Part shown: positions 36,094-50,671 of the stretch, one piece after another
How the letters are laid out: every line of letters begins with the position of its first letter
Position numbering within the stretch: position 1 is the stretch's first letter
Assembly: GCF_006345805.1 (NCBI RefSeq)
Contig: NC_042998.1
Location: forward strand, 27,652,001 to 27,716,000
DNA from: Octopus sinensis
Lineage: Eukaryota
DNA length: 64,000 nucleotides
Reading direction: 5' to 3'
Notes under the pieces: generated by a model
What the model was told of the DNA's origin: nothing
Database searches by the model: none
The model's input: only the letters and a program-made list of their open reading frames with translations
Translations under genes and position numbers: made by a program

Positions 36094-37315
36094 TTTTTTG
36101 TTTTATAAGAATAGTAACTTGAAGACTAACTCACAAAAACACTGTCTTTTTTTGTTTTAATGGCTCAACAATAGAGAAACAGTGCCTATAGGCATTTTTA
36201 TGTCCTTCTAGATTGGTAGGAGGAGTGTAATCGAAGAAATTAATGAATCTAATATTCAGCTAAAATCTTTCATATTTGAAATTGGAAAATAAAAATAAAT
36301 GAATGGAAAAGTTCTTGTGTTTTAGAAATGCGTTTCTGAAAAAAAAAAAGAAAGATGAAAAAGCAACTGGTGATAGACATCTACTTCATAAACTACAGTG
36401 AAACTGGAAGCTATAGAATAAAATTAAGTGGGTGTTAGAAATTTTAAATATAGAAAAAATTCTTCTTATATGAGTTAAGAAGTTAAGAAAATAAAATACA
36501 CCACTGATAATTTCATTACAAGGATAAAATTCATTACAAGGATAAAATTCAGAAAAATAAACATAATATTGATTAATAGTGGTGTAAACAATATTCATGC
36601 TATTGAGACTGATTTAGATAAACTAAGTGAATTTATTGAACTATCTATTTATAAATTTATTCCAAGGACGTTTGTAGCCCCAATAGGTCAGATATAACAT
36701 ATGGTAATGAAAACAGTTAATTTGTGCAGTTATGTTGTTTTAATTTAAAATATAACGTGACTAATATTAGTCATGTTATATTTCAGATAACTTTCTGACT
36801 TCCCGTTATATTAATGAGAAATAAATTTGAATCATATATCAGTTAAGATTTGATTACTGGCAAAATAATTATAGTGAACATTGATTATCTGGAAAATAAT
36901 CTCCTGTTGTTGCAAATGTGTGGTTTTCATATTCAAAGGAAATAGATTTCATGTCAAGATAACCTAATAACTCAATACAGGAAAAGAACACGAATTTGCC
37001 TTATGATGGTGAAAAATACTATTTTTCTGGCATCCGATAGACAGAAAATTGACAACTACATTTGCTTCTTAAAAGCATCGCTATTTCTCGATGTGTCAGA
37101 ACGAGAATACACTGACGAGATATTAACTGAAGCCCAACATATTTTATGGTAAACGACAGGATGCTGCGTAAGAGCCCTGTCGGAAGATATTAGCGAATAA
37201 ATCGACTTGAATTAGCTACAGCTGGTCATCAAAAACTGAGTCAAGGACTCTGCTTACATACCCTATACCACATACGCTAAACTATTCTCAGACTATATGA
37301 CAGAGTTAAAATTTT

Positions 37316-37547
37316 AAGGCGGCGAGCTGGCAGAAACGTTAGCACACTGGGCGAAATGCTTAGCGGTATTTCGTCTGCCGTTAGGTTCTGAGTTCAAATT
37401 CCGCCGAGGTCGACTTTGCTTTTCATCCTTTCGGGGGCGATAAATTAAGTACTGGTTATGCACTGGGGTCGATGCAATCGACTTAATCCGTTTGTCTGTC
37501 CTTGTTTGTCCCCTCTATGTTTAGTCCCTTGTGGGTAATAAAGAAAA
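37316..37547 (+). mobile_element. SINE family B with a 21-bp TSD
   Basis: TATATGACAG(A/T)GTTAAAATTT at 37294-37314 and 37549-37569. Confidence 0.92.
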
Positions 37548-38162
37548 ATATATGACAGTGTTAAAATTTGATGCCTATTGAAACGTGGTCATAGGAAAAT
37601 ACGGAGGGAAACAGATTTGTTTTCTGAATATTGAGGCATGAATGTTATCGAATGCAATATATTTGAAAAGAGTCCGTTAGACTTGTATTTATATGATGTT
37701 TTACATTCGATAACGCTTCCGTTACTTTGCAGTCTTTTCTATAAACCATACTTAATTGCTTTACTTTATTACACTAGATTTAGCTCATATGGTAATCGAA
37801 GTAGTAGAATAACGGTTCCAAACTAAATTATCTTATTGGGAAACATGCCAGGTTAGTAATACTCTGATAATTGGTAATCTAGAAATTAATGGTATTATCC
37901 TGACAATTTATAATGGAAGCGATTAAATTCTAAACCCTGTTGCAGATCTGTAGCATTGAATTCAGAATTCTTTGTATTTTATATCTAGATCGGGATTTTA
38001 ATTCAGTACGGAAATTCTTTCCTGGTTTCATAACCTGTTGTACCACAATTTGCTTGCTAACTTTTCTCAAAGCAGGATTGTGAGCAGAAATAAACAAAGG
38101 ATCGATTTTTTCTAATTTATTGTAGGTTAACAAGTCATAAATAACTTCAGTTTATAAAGTAA

Positions 38163-38524
38163 CTAGCAGTATCGCCCGGCGTTGCTCGGGTTTATTTCGA
38201 TCCTTTAGAATTGGAATTTTTTGGAAAGTAAAAATTTTGCATTATGTAGCTTGTTATTCTCTTTAAGTGAACATTTCTCTGGTTGAAATACACCGAAAAA
38301 TGGCGACACAGCAGTCAAAAAATCGTAAAAAATAGGGATTTTCATAGAAAAAAAAAGCACCTTTTTGATGTAAATAAATTTTGGTGTTAACATGGTCCGA
38401 TTTGAATTGTTTCTTCTATCATACTCTCAACTTTAGTCAACTTGCACTGCAGGGTCTTGGAGTGTTAGTTGAAGGCTACCAAACCTGCCACACACAGACA
38501 ACTTCAGCTTTATATATATAGAGA
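38163..38524 (-). mobile_element. Non-autonomous Helitron, subfamily alpha
   Basis: A|CTAG...GA|T termini and hairpin. Confidence 0.85.
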
Positions 38525-38837
38525 TTCAGAAAAATAGTGTTTATATATATATTACTAAAAAACATGTTTCAAATGACACACATACTCACACCAAACTCAT
38601 AAACACTCACACAACGATACAGACGCAAATGCACGCGCAGATACGGATACCTAGCAAAGACAGAGTGGACAAGACCAGAGAGGAAAGAAGACTCGAGAAA
38701 CAGAAAGTCATTGAAGAAGTCACAGAATGTGAGACGAAAGAGCTCTGACAAATAAATAAACTAATAATAAAGCTAGAGTGAAGATCAAAAAAATAATGCG
38801 TGTGTTTATTGGAAAAACATGATCATCTCCAAATATA

Positions 38838-39067
38838 CTTTTACTCTTTTACTCTTTTACTTGTTTCAGTCATTTTGACTGCGGCCATGCTGGAGCACCG
38901 CCTTTAGTCGAGCAAATCGACCCCAGGACTTATTCTTTGTAAGCCTAGTACTTATTCTTTCGGTCTCTTTTTGCCGAACCGCTAAGTTACGTGGACGTAA
39001 ACACACCAGCATCGGTTGTCAAGCGATGTTGGGGGGAAAGGCAGACAGACAGACAGACAGACAGACA

Positions 39068-39117
<50 letters not shown>

Positions 39118-39258
39118 CGATGGGCTTCTTTCAGTTTCCGTCTACCAAATCCACTCACAAGGCTTTGGTCGGCCCGAGGCTATAGTAGAAGACACTTGCC
39201 CAAGGTGCCAGGCAGTGGGACTGAACTCGGAACTATGTGGTTCGTAAGCAAGCTACTT
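38838..39258 (-). mobile_element. SINE family A with a (GACA)/(CA)/(TA) internal microsatellite
   Basis: Consensus match. Confidence 0.9.
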
Positions 39259-41603
39259 TTTTTAAATACCTTAATAATTAATTATCATGAAGGTTTATTT
39301 TGAAGAGCTGAATCAACTAAGAAATGAGAAGCCACTATAGCAGAGAGAACAATGCGTTTTCTCCCGGTCGAGGGGCAATGAGTTTCTGGTTCGATGTAAA
39401 TCTTAACACCTCTTCTATGCTTACCTGTTGAGCATGTAGGAAAGAGAGAGAGAGACAGGCAAAACGGGGAAATGCATTATATTGGAAATTAAATACTAGT
39501 TAAGGTAGTTATCATTGCCTAGATCGAATTATATCACATGGTGTTATGGCAATAAATCACATCCACGTATAAAAAGATTTAGTAATCACTTCAATGAAGA
39601 TTTATAAAAATAACACAAATTTTATTAATTCTGTTCGCATTTGACATACAACGGTTTAACTTGACAAAATAAATGCAAACTATTAAGTTAAAACACAGTA
39701 CACATACACATATATAACACCAAGCTCAAAATTCTTGTTTTGTGCACTACACTTTATGTAACGTTAAACAGATGAAAGAAACATACTTCGTATCAGATAA
39801 AACGTTAGCATGAAACGGAGAATTCACCGGAAGAGAATTTTACCGATATTCCACTTAAATAAGCTAAATGAATGGAAATCCAATTAAACCACTTTTACTA
39901 AGTTAGAACTAGCACTCCAACTGTTGGTCTGATAATGTATTCACTTTACCATTCTGCTTCAGTGCTCCAGACGGCTAGATGAATAGAATTGAGATTGTAA
40001 GATGTTCAAAGGACATAAGTAGTGTTCGTGAAATTGAATGGCTAAAATTGAGAATAAAGAGTCGCCGATTCTCATCGTCGATTAAAAACGCCTCCTACGC
40101 ATACACACATATAGGGGAAGATGGAGACAGAATATGGCTTAGCTGCGATGGCTAAAACAAACTGAGCATACACACACACATACAAAAATGTCTAGTAGAC
40201 ATCATAACTTGCAAACGAAAATCTGAGGATAATTTACGTTTAATACCTGTTTGGAAGTTCGATATACATGGATTAACATGGAGATCTATGAAACCGTTCA
40301 GTTATCTCATTCGAATTAGCAGCTTTTCAGAACACACACACGCACACACATACATGCACGCACGTACACACACACACACACCACACACACACACACACAG
40401 AAACGAAGATGGAGACAGCATAGCATAGCTGCGATGATTAAAGCGAACTGAATGTGCACACATGTATGTATGTATGCATAAATGTATGTATGCATGTAGG
40501 TTTTAATTTCATATATGCATATAATATAAATCCCGTTTTGTGTGTGTGTGTAAAAGATTATATCGGCCGCATTTTTCAACTGATTTTCTCCAAACAGAGA
40601 ACATACATTACTTATGTTCCAGGGGTGCTTTTAGACTCTTAAAATGCTTCACATAATGAGTAACGGGTCCCCTGTGGGCAGAAAACACCCCTACCTGGAT
40701 TACATGGAAAAGGGAGGTAACTCGTTGCAAAGTAACTTTCAGCAATTGTCTCCCTTACATCCATTTGTCATAAAAAATATATTGCTTTTTATATTAGATT
40801 TACATCTTTGAAAGTTTTTAAAGATATTTATTTCCGGTTTTCTAGCGTCAGTGTCGCCTATATCTCTATATTTATATCTCTCTATCCATCACTATTTCTA
40901 TCTTTCTATATCTTTCTTTCTATCTATCTCCATCTTTATATCTATCTACCTTTATCTCTATATCTATCTGTCTATATCTTATCCACCTATCTATATCTAT
41001 ATTATTTGTCTAACTAGCTAGGTCTCTCTATATCTCACTAACTCTCTATTGTTTTCACATTCATTTTTCAGACGCTATTGTTTTCACTGTAAGTTTTCAA
41101 TCGTTATTTGCAAACAACAACGACGACATATTACTGGCAAGAAAGAACCTCATAATTACAGATGAAAGTAATTTCTCATATAATTTACTGACAGAATTAA
41201 CTTCGTAAATTTCACTTCAATCCGTACACTTCGTTAAATTTGCCTGCAAACGTCTTATTTACTATTGCAAGGTTTTGTGTTTTTTGTTGTTGACGGAATT
41301 ACTGACAGAAGTAACTTTAAAAATTTCACTTAAATCCGTACACTTAACTTTTCTAAAAATTTCTTATATACTTTTGCAACGGTTTTGTATTTTCTGTTGT
41401 TAACAGCTTCATTTTGGTTCCTTCGATGCTGGCTCTTTGGTCTACTGACAAATTTCGCTTCAACCCTTACAATTCTTTATTTTCCGTAAAAAATTCTTAT
41501 CTACTTTCTGCCTGTCGTATTAAGAAATGTAATTTTCATTAATCAGTTATTTTCATTGTTTACTATCTTCTACACCCGTATATTTCTGTATATGTATATA
41601 ACC

Positions 41604-42212
41604 ATGCCTAGAAGGAAAGTGTCAAATGTGTCTACAATGTCAAGGTCAGCCAAAACAATATCTCTATCCAGGAGAAGAGAAACATATGAAGAAAGGGAAG
41701 CATGCCAAGAAACGAACAGACTGTGCACTACAAAAGTCAGAGCATCTCAAAGTGATGAACAGAGGTATGCACGGCTGACATGGAATAAGATCTCCATTGC
41801 ATAACGAAGAGCAGTTGCAACAGCTCAGAGAAGCAACTTCTATGAAGCAGCTTTCAATTATGATCCAGCAGTTCATTATGCAGATGACACTAGAGTTTCC
41901 ATAGGTGCAATGACAACTGAGTTCAATATTGTAAAGCAAGGAAGTGGCCTGGAGAGACACCTGGGTTGTGTTGCTGTGGTGGAAATGTTAAACTCCTTGT
42001 AATGCCACAACCTCCAAAGCCATTGAAGAAACTGTTGTCATCAACTGACCGAGATTCCAAGCACTTACAAAACAAAATTAGACAGTACAACGCTGCACTA
42101 CAGATGACATCATTTGGAGCCACAAGAGATTTAACCGAGCTAGGATTCATGTACAAACTTTCAAGAACCGAGGTCAGATTTATCATCGGATTGGTTCTCT
42201 ACTACCTCTGTC
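41604..42212 (+). pseudogene. Helitron RepHel N-terminal relic
   Basis: Across frameshifts: MPRRK...AAFNYDPAVHYADDTRVSIGAMT..QYCKARKWPGETPGLCCCGGNVKL..PQPPKPLKKLL...IRQYNAALQMTSFGA...TFKNRGQIYHRIGSLLP. This is the canonical region upstream of the Helitron Rep domain. Confidence 0.85.
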
Positions 42213-42225
42213 TTTTGTAGTGCAC

Positions 42226-42600
42226 AGCAGGGTCAACGTTGGGAACAAAAAACAGGACAGACATAAAGGAAACCGAACGAAAACAAACATGGAGGGTCGT
42301 TAGACTAGAACGAAGATAAAATAGCGAACGCTGGAGAAGTATTTTCTTCTTCGGTAAGAGAAAAGATAGAGGAGAGAGATAGGATACGTGCTGTCCTTAA
42401 GACAGTCTTGAAAGAAAAGAAAGATGATCACGTGAGGAAGTGAAAGATGGACGATGGTTACGTGTGAGCAACGAGAGAGAGAGAGAGGCAGAGAAACGGA
42501 GAAAGAGGGAGAGAGACAGAGAGACAGAGAGACAGATAGAAAACGGTGAAGGGGAGGAGAAAAGGGGATTAGTGAGAGTATCCTTATATACACTCGTGCT
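42226..42600 (-). mobile_element. Unclassified repeat related to 29825-30482
   Basis: Shared motifs, as described for 29825-30482. Confidence 0.5.
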
Positions 42601-43491
42601 TGTATAAAAACTGCAGGTAGCTTTAGTTGATAGAATACTATATCCATTATGCAAGTTTACGCATAATTATTTTACCTGTGCTCCCACTTGTGAATATTTT
42701 AGAAATGTTTGAAGTTGAAGATTTCCTTTCACATCAAACTTCAGATATTAAAGAAGAAATACTGTATCACAAGTAAAGTTGCGATATAATATTTTTGAAT
42801 TATTTGTCTAAATTGTAATTACGATCTGCAATATATTTTTTTAAATAATGTTCTAAAGTTATTATTTTTATAGTTTTTCACATCAAAAACAACAAAAATG
42901 TCTTATAAGTTCGCTTTTGATTTAATGGACTTTCGACATTAGCGGACTGGCAGTCTCCTATTTGTCCATTAAGTCGCAGTTGCCAGACATACGCATGTGT
43001 ATGCATAAATTAAAAAAAGATATATTTATGCAAAGACAATTCCAGTTCCACATCTGCATGCACACAAAGTCCATGTTTATGCTCGTCCAGATGATAGAGA
43101 TAAATGCAAAGGCTATAAGGAAATGTTACGTCTGTAGAAGCGCTTGCAAGGAGAGATCTCATTGGTTAAGGCTGGTCACGTAATCTGGTTTGTTGCAGAT
43201 TGTGGAGTCCCTCATCTTGTATTAGTGATGTAGAGAGACACAATTTCGTTTAAAGTTATTGCCGTTCTAGGTAATGAATCCTCGAGGCTGTCTGATTTTA
43301 CAAGTAGTGAGTTTTAAGTGTCAGGAAATGTTGGCCATTTCCAGTTGGAATCTTTGCTAGTGGAAGCAACAGGAAAATACTAAAGATCTCTGGTTAATGG
43401 ATGTCGCAGCTTTCTTCAGAATTGGAAATCCTTAAGTTAGGAAATGTCTACAGTTTTCTACCTTGCGGCGCTTTACTTACCTGTGTCGCCT

Positions 43492-43816
43492 TAGCACTTG
43501 TGCTGGTGGCACGTGAAAAATCATTCGAGCGTGGTCGTTGCCAGTGCCGCTGGACTGGCTCCTATACAGGTGGCACATAAAAAGCACCATTTGAGCGTGG
43601 CCATTGCTAGTACCGCCTGACTGGCCCTCGTGCCGATGGCACGTAAAAGTACCCACTACACTCTCGGAATGGTTGACGTTAGGAAGGGCATCCAGCTGTA
43701 GAAACTCTGCCAGATCAGATTGGAGTCTGGTGCAGCCACCTGGTTCGCCAGACCTCAGTCAAATCGTTCCAACCCATGCTAGCATGGAAAGCAGACGTTA
43801 AACTATGATGATGATG
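43492..43816 (+). mobile_element. RTE-type LINE 3' end
   Basis: Tandem GTGGCACG(T/A)AAAA units, GACGTTAGGAAGGGCATCCAGCTGTAGAAAC, and a (GAT)n tail. Confidence 0.65.
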
Positions 43817-44426
43817 GTTGGTTTTTATGAACCAATATACAAAAAACCCCAGTTTATTACTGGAGCTAGCCTCAATTATCTCCACTATGAAAAAATAAAC
43901 CCCAGGCATCCAGACACATATGCAACTCTTCTGAATACTATCACAACAGTATTTTGAATGTATCATTTTTTCAGTTAGGCCGGATAATAATAATAATAAA
44001 AATTTCCCATGCACAGAAATAGTTGTAAGCATCAAAGATCTTATTAACTCCGAGCGTTATACTGAAATACATAGCTCCAATAGATAGTTGCATAGAAACA
44101 GCTTCTCTCACGCTCCAACTACTTCCATATTGCCCGTATCCTCTATGGATACAGGAAAGAGAACTTCTATCTGCTATAAGGTGTAACTAAATATTAATAT
44201 CATACTCTACTGTCTGAAAAAAGCATACACTGTATAGTTTGCTTTGGGCTACACTGAATTTGAATATAAAATGAGATGGTTACGGTTGGAGTGGCTTTGA
44301 TCGAAAGCTTGCTTTATCGGAGCTGACATGGGGCTAAGTAGCAGCAGCAGCATCAGCAACAACAACAGCAGCAACATCAGCAGCAGGTTACACAAGCAGA
44401 TTAGAAAATGTAAAGAGAACTTGTAC

Positions 44427-44511
44427 CGTCTACACACTCTACTGCATATAATTCATCAGTTTCTGCTCGAAGCTGTAGCACGCTATTCAGCTTGGAGACC
44501 GAATGACGTAT
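44427..44511 (-). CDS. Candidate internal coding exon (phase 0 to 1)
   Basis: gatttcttattccag|ATA CGT...GTA GAC G|gtacaa, translating as IRHSVSKLNSVLQLRAETDELYAVECVD(G). Confidence 0.45.
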
Positions 44512-44657
44512 CTGGAATAAGAAATCTATGTGTATCGAAAACCGGTGAACCGCAGTCAATTCAAGCTGAGCAGCTAAGAGCTAAACAACGGCAGTGACAA
44601 CAGGTATCATAAATGAGTTATCTAATCGACGTGACTGTGGTTAGTAGTTATTTTATA

Positions 44658-44688
<31 letters not shown>

Positions 44689-44694
44689 CCCCCT

Positions 44695-44922
44695 TTTAAA
44701 GCCTAGCCAGGTTTCCCGGTTTCAATGGCGTATGTGTTCCCCGGCTGGACGGGACGCAAGTCCATCGCAGCGTTACTCATTTTTGCCAGCTGAGTGAACT
44801 GGAGCAACGTGAAATGAAGTGTTTTGCTCAAGAACACAACGCGTCGCCCAGTCCAGGAATAGAAACCACAATCTTACGATCATGATGCTGACACCCTAAC
44901 CACTAAGCCAAGCGCCTCCACA
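44695..44922 (-). mobile_element. SINE head C + tail X
   Basis: Matches 61962-62202. Confidence 0.85.
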
Positions 44923-47884
44923 GTTATTTTATACATATGTATTTATATAGAGTCAAACGAGTGGACTTTATAATATCCCGTGAGAAATATAGACAAGTGA
45001 AATATGGAAACGAAAGAAGAGAAATGTGTTGTCGAAGCTGGAGGAGCAGGACTTTTGATTGAGATTGATGAAGAGAAAAAGAAACAGCAATATTGACTGT
45101 CGGCTGTCTAATACAATCTTGAATATTTCATGAAATATGAATACGATTATTTGAATATATATTAAAACACGTTTTTGGAGACAAATATTTGCCGAAATTA
45201 AGATATTAAAGATGATACTAAGTGAGATAATGTAAGAGAGGTGTGGTTGATAAATTTGAAGATGTAGGTGAGAAAAATATAACGTTACAGACATGATAAA
45301 AATACCACAATAAAGGTCGCCTTAACTGGTGATGGCGACGAATACAATAATAAAATTAAGATAAATTGTTGGAAATAGTTAAGCCTCCGTTATTATTTAA
45401 AATCAATAATATTTTTATTTTTGATGTTTCCTTGTAAAAATCTAATTTTTCGCAACGAATTTATTTTCTCTGTTCTGTTTTGATAAATACATAAAAATAA
45501 AGAAATCATATTTTATTATAAAGGATAATTTATTATATTTTCTATTAGTGGGGATACATTTGTCATAGCTGTTGTTTTATTCGATTTCATTGTTGTGGTT
45601 GTATATTTCTGAATATGTTTAAAAATATTTTTTTATATAAAATTACATTCAATGAAAATAATAATGTTTAGAATATCTATGAGAGATTTGATTTCTTTGA
45701 AGAATTTCGACTAATTCTGCTTTGATGTTAGGCAATTAATTACATTATTTTAATTACTTTATCATACCAGACAGCCACTTAGTTATTTTTCATTCATGAT
45801 ATTGTAACTGTGATGCTGTTGTTAGCTTCATCTTCCAGTCATATGTTACAGTAGCTTCCTCTGATATTTAATGTTGCCATCAAACAGTTGAAAATAGAAT
45901 ATATTGTTCAATACATTTCCATTTTCTCTACATAAAATGTAGCAAAAAATAACCGATATAATTTAGCTTTTGATTAAAATTATATTCTCCATATGACTCT
46001 ATTGACACGAACGTGTTAAAAAAGGATTATTGAAGCAAAGAAAAATAGAAGTCTGAATGGGAATAATATTGTTTTAATTCGTTCTAATGTACAAAATGCA
46101 TTTTCGTCTTCGATAAAATTTAGGTTAACGTACAAAAGAATTAAGCATACGGATTGTATAATTCTTAAAACATAAGTAGAAGGATTACATGTATGCCGCT
46201 AACTTATTAAGAAATGTCAACAGAATTTTAATCCTTAGTGAAATGGGCTGTCAGCAAAGGATTCCGCATATTTCATCTGACAACCATTAAAGTAGAATGT
46301 CTGTTTATAAATGCGTTAGTCACCTTTCTTTTATGAAAATCAATAGTTGTTAACTCATGTGAAATGACTGTTTAGTAGGCGGTTTATTTGTTTCTCTGAA
46401 ATTGATTCAGACCGCCGCTTCATGCAAACGATAAATTTGATTCTCTGGCCAAAAGAACTTACTGGCGCGGAAGCATCCAGAATATCAATCGTCGCTAACG
46501 CACTTAATGTCGAATGATATGCCGATATGGTAAATAGATGCGTTAGGAAATAAGTTGTGAAATGTGCATTTATATTCACTTTGCTTATGCAGTGATGTCA
46601 ACAATGAACTAGTTAGGCTAGATTTGCGAACATCTAAATCAGTGAATATTCCAGATACAAATTTGTTTTCCCAAAATATTTACGGCTATTGGAAACAATT
46701 TATAGAAATCAAATATAACAATTTCTAGAACTTAATAAATGCACTGATTTGTGCGAAGCTGGTCAGACTTGAATTATGTTGATAAACGCGCTTAAAACAG
46801 CATTAGATTAAAAGAGTGATGTGCGGACCGTTTATAATGTTTATACAAACGTGGAATGGCATTAGGTGTGGGATTTTGTCTCAGAGAAACTTGTCGAAAA
46901 GACTCATATGTGAAGAAATGCAGCAATCACTCAGAATTTTACCGAGAAAATCGTCAGAAACAGTGTTTCGACCTTATTTAATTTCGTCGATAACAAACGT
47001 CTTTGATATTCAGAGCTGAGCTATTTATCTTAGAAAATCAGATAAATAGTTCTTAATGATTTTATTTGAATAATTTATTTGGTCCTAGTTGTTGTGACAT
47101 TCATGCAGCCAAAAAGTATTATCATAGTTGACGGTAATCCAACGAAACTAAAGACTAGCATTCGCTTTACTTTAAGCTTCTGCCACAAAATTCAGTATTT
47201 TAACCAGTATGATAGTGGTTTGTATTTAGGATTCTTTTCATGATTTCTCGCATCAATATATTTCTATGTTTTTCATTTTAATTATGAATTATCGTTAATT
47301 TGTCAATGTAGTAACATTTTAAAAATATTTTGAAACTGCGTGAATTCCGGAGCGATAGAATATGGCATTATATGATCAATTTACAACAATGCTGTTTAAA
47401 CTGACAAAACAAAATGCTTGTTATCATTATCACCAACACCTGAAGGCTATAAAATGTTCCCTAATAATTTGAATGTCTCGTTTACATTAATTTACTGACA
47501 AGGCTTACATATTTTCTTTTTGCTTTCAAAATATTCAAGAACATTATAGAAGAACAACTAAAATAACTACAATAGCATTTATGAAGCTTTCGAGGAAAAA
47601 TAACTCTTGCATCTAGATTAAGCTTTCTTTATTCCCCCATATGTATTGAGCTATTATTATATCCGTTATTAATCAATGATATCTCTATTCAATAGTTGAC
47701 ATGTTTAATTTTAGGTTAAATATTCATTTAAATAATAGGCTTGTGTTTGTTTGGTAATCATTTACAGCGTATCAAACATACCACCCAGGTAAAACTTCAA
47801 TATATTGATAACGATTCACGACAGTTGACCTTTAAAATACTCTGCATATTAGTTGTTTCTGCTTTCATTACTCTATGCTGTTCT

Positions 47885-48190
47885 GCACGCCGGGCAGAAT
47901 ACTTAACGGCATTTCGTCTGTCTTAACGTTCTGAGTTCAAATTCCGCCGAGGTCGACTTTGCCTTTCATCCTTTCGGGGTCGATTAAATAAGTACCAGTT
48001 ACGCACTGGGGTTGATGTAATCGACTTAATCCCTTTGTCTATCCTTGTTTGTTCCCTCTCTGTTTAGCCCCTTGTGGGCAGTAAAGAAATAGGTATTTCG
48101 TCTATCTTTACGTTCTGAGTTCAAATTCTACCGAGGTCAACTTTGCCTTTCATCCTTTCAGGGTCGATATAATAAGTACCAGTTGACTAG
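47885..48190 (+). mobile_element. SINE family B plus a tandem partial copy
   Basis: Consensus match. Confidence 0.85.
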
Positions 48191-48316
48191 TTGGGTCGAT
48201 GCAATAGACTTTCCTCCCTCTGCCCCATATTACTGCCATTATACCAAAATTTGAAATCAATATTGTCTGTTGTTGTATTTAAATAAAGACAAAATGCAAT
48301 AAAATTGTATTTAAAT

Positions 48317-48479
48317 AGGCGCAGGATTGGGTGTGTGGTAAGTAGCTTGCTTACCAACCACATGGCTCCGGGTTCAGTTCCACTGTGTGGCATCTTGGGC
48401 AGGTGTCTTCTACTATAGTCTTGGGCCGACCAAAGCCTTGTGAATGGATTTGGTAGACGGAAACTGAAAGAAGCCCGTC

Positions 48480-48521
<42 letters not shown>

Positions 48522-49143
48522 ATGTTTGTCCCTCCCCCACACCATCGCTTGACAACCGATGTTCACGTCCCCGTAACTTAGCGGTTCGGCAAAACAGACC
48601 GAACCGCTAAATAATATGCTTACAAAGAATAAGTCCTGGGGTCGATTTGTTCGACTAAAGGCGGTGCTCCAGCATGGCCGCAGTCAAATGACTGAAAGAA
48701 ATAAAAGAATAAAACAATAAAAGAAATACACCCATTACATAGCATCGGTTCCTTACCTCTTTTACTTGTTACAGTCATTTGACTGCGGCCATACTGGAGC
48801 ACCGCCTTTAATTGAGCAATTCGACCCCAGGAGTTATTCTTTGTAAGCCTAGTACGTATTCTATCAGTTACTTTTGCCGAACCGCTAAGTTACGGGGACG
48901 TAAAACACCAGCACCGGTTGTCAAGCGATGTTGGGGGGACAAACATATATACACATACATATATACATATGTATATATACGACGGGCTTGTTTCAGTTTC
49001 CGTCTACCAAATCTACTCACAAGGCTTTGGTCGGCCCGAGGCTATAGTAGAAGACACTTGCCCAAGGTGCTACGCAGTGGGACTGAACCCAGAACCATGT
49101 AGTTGGTAAGCAAGTTACTTACCACACAGCAACTCCTGTGCCT
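48317..49143. mobile_element. Two tail-to-tail family A SINEs (+ 48317-48720; - 48757-49143)
   Basis: Consensus matches. Confidence 0.85.
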
Positions 49144-50011
49144 AATCGTTGCTATTCTGAGTATAAGGATGCAAATGATAAAAAAAAATCATTATAACAT
49201 CATTCTAAATTGTATTGTGATGCATTCTTAAAAAATAGATTTTTTTTAGATATAATATAACTTTCAGTGTAAATGTCCCGTTCTTCTTTAGTGAAAACAT
49301 TTATATAGGTGATAATGATTATCATGGTAAAGATGAAGAAATTGATAGCCGAAGATAATAACGAGAATGTTTTCAATTATTTGAAAGCAAGGAAAAGGAA
49401 AACGTTTTTTTTTTATATGAGTGAATATAGTTGGAAGTAAAATGATGAATTGGAAAATTGAATTGAAAAAAAAAATGTCATAGTAAAATTTCTAATTTGT
49501 CATCACTGAGAAAGACAAAACGTTTACTTTTCATTATAAATCATAGCAACTGAATCTACACGGAAAGAAAAATTCTAGACCATATTGAGCTGTTGTTTAC
49601 CTTAGATAGTAATTGGCAATGTGTATTAAATGTCACGCAAACGAAATAGTGTGTATGGAGGAGGCTGTCAAATGGCAAATAGAGAGTGATTGTAGGAAAA
49701 GTTCAATAAAAATAAGTGGTAAGATGAGGCATCTACTCAGCTTCAAATGGCAAACAAAGAAAGTGAAAGTGAGTGAGAATAAAAGTTTTAAAACAGGAAC
49801 AGGCTGGAAGTAATGATTTATCTTACGTTGCTTAAGACAGAACGTGAAATTGAAACAGTTGTTAGACTGAAAGTTAACGATATCTTTATATACCCTCTAG
49901 AAGAATGATAGTTATATATAATTCTGTCAGTGTTTTGTAAAGGTTATAATGTTTGTGAAAATATAGCATCATCATTTTAAATTAAATTTTTATAATTATT
50001 ACAAAGTTATA

Positions 50012-50430
50012 GACGTAGGAGTGGCTGTGTGGTAAGAAGCTTGCTTACGAACCACATGGTTCCGGGTTCAGTCCCACTGCGTGGCACCTTGGGCAAGTGT
50101 CTTCTACTATAGCCTCGGGCCGACCAAAGCCTTGTGAGTGGATTTCGTAGACGGAAACTGAAAGAAGCCCGTCGTATATATGTATATATATATGTATGTG
50201 TATGTGTATATGTTTGTGTGTCTGTGTTTGCCCCCCCCAACATCGCTTGACAACCGATGCTGGTGTGTTTACGTCCCCGTAACTTAGCGGTTCGGCAAAA
50301 GAGACCGATAGAATAAGTACTAGGCTTACAAAAAATAAGTCTTGGGGTCGATTTGCTCGACTAAAAGGTGGTGCTCCAGCATGGCCACAGTCAAATGACT
50401 GAAACAAGTAAAAGAGAGTAAAAGAGTAAG
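50012..50430 (+). mobile_element. SINE family A full length
   Basis: Consensus match with a GTAAAAGA tail. Confidence 0.9.
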
Positions 50431-50521
50431 TTCATTAGAATATTAGAGCCGTTACAAGTGCCTATGCGCGTTTACGATCATGGCGGCTCATTACTTTCGG
50501 AGGGCAGCATCTTCTACTACG

Positions 50522-50671
50522 TCTAGGAAAAAAACCTTAGGAATGAGAACCCAGATTCTCATCAGCCGAAACGCTGTGTTAACAACAATCAAGATGAGGA
50601 CAAATATCCGGCAAATATAAATAATGTAAATAATGTACATAGTTCCTCATCTCTTAAATATAGAACTGTAT
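50522..50671 (+). mobile_element. Penelope-like terminal-repeat fragment with the 3' half of a hammerhead motif
   Basis: CAGCC-GAAAC-GCT-GTGT at 50563-50579. Homologous to 11737-11890. Confidence 0.55.

Noticed and set aside
43476-43481. Perfect GTAAGT donor on the minus strand
   Set aside because: The would-be exon is the RTE 3' repeat.
44328-44597. 89-aa plus ORF starting with an S/N-rich tract
   Set aside because: It starts in a CAG/AAC repeat tail. Its remainder is the antisense of the better-supported minus exon at 44427-44511.
46461-46578. Strong minus donor GTAAGT with an open frame (...ATIDILDASAP)
   Set aside because: No convincing acceptor was found. It is kept only as a possible extra exon to test with RNA-seq.
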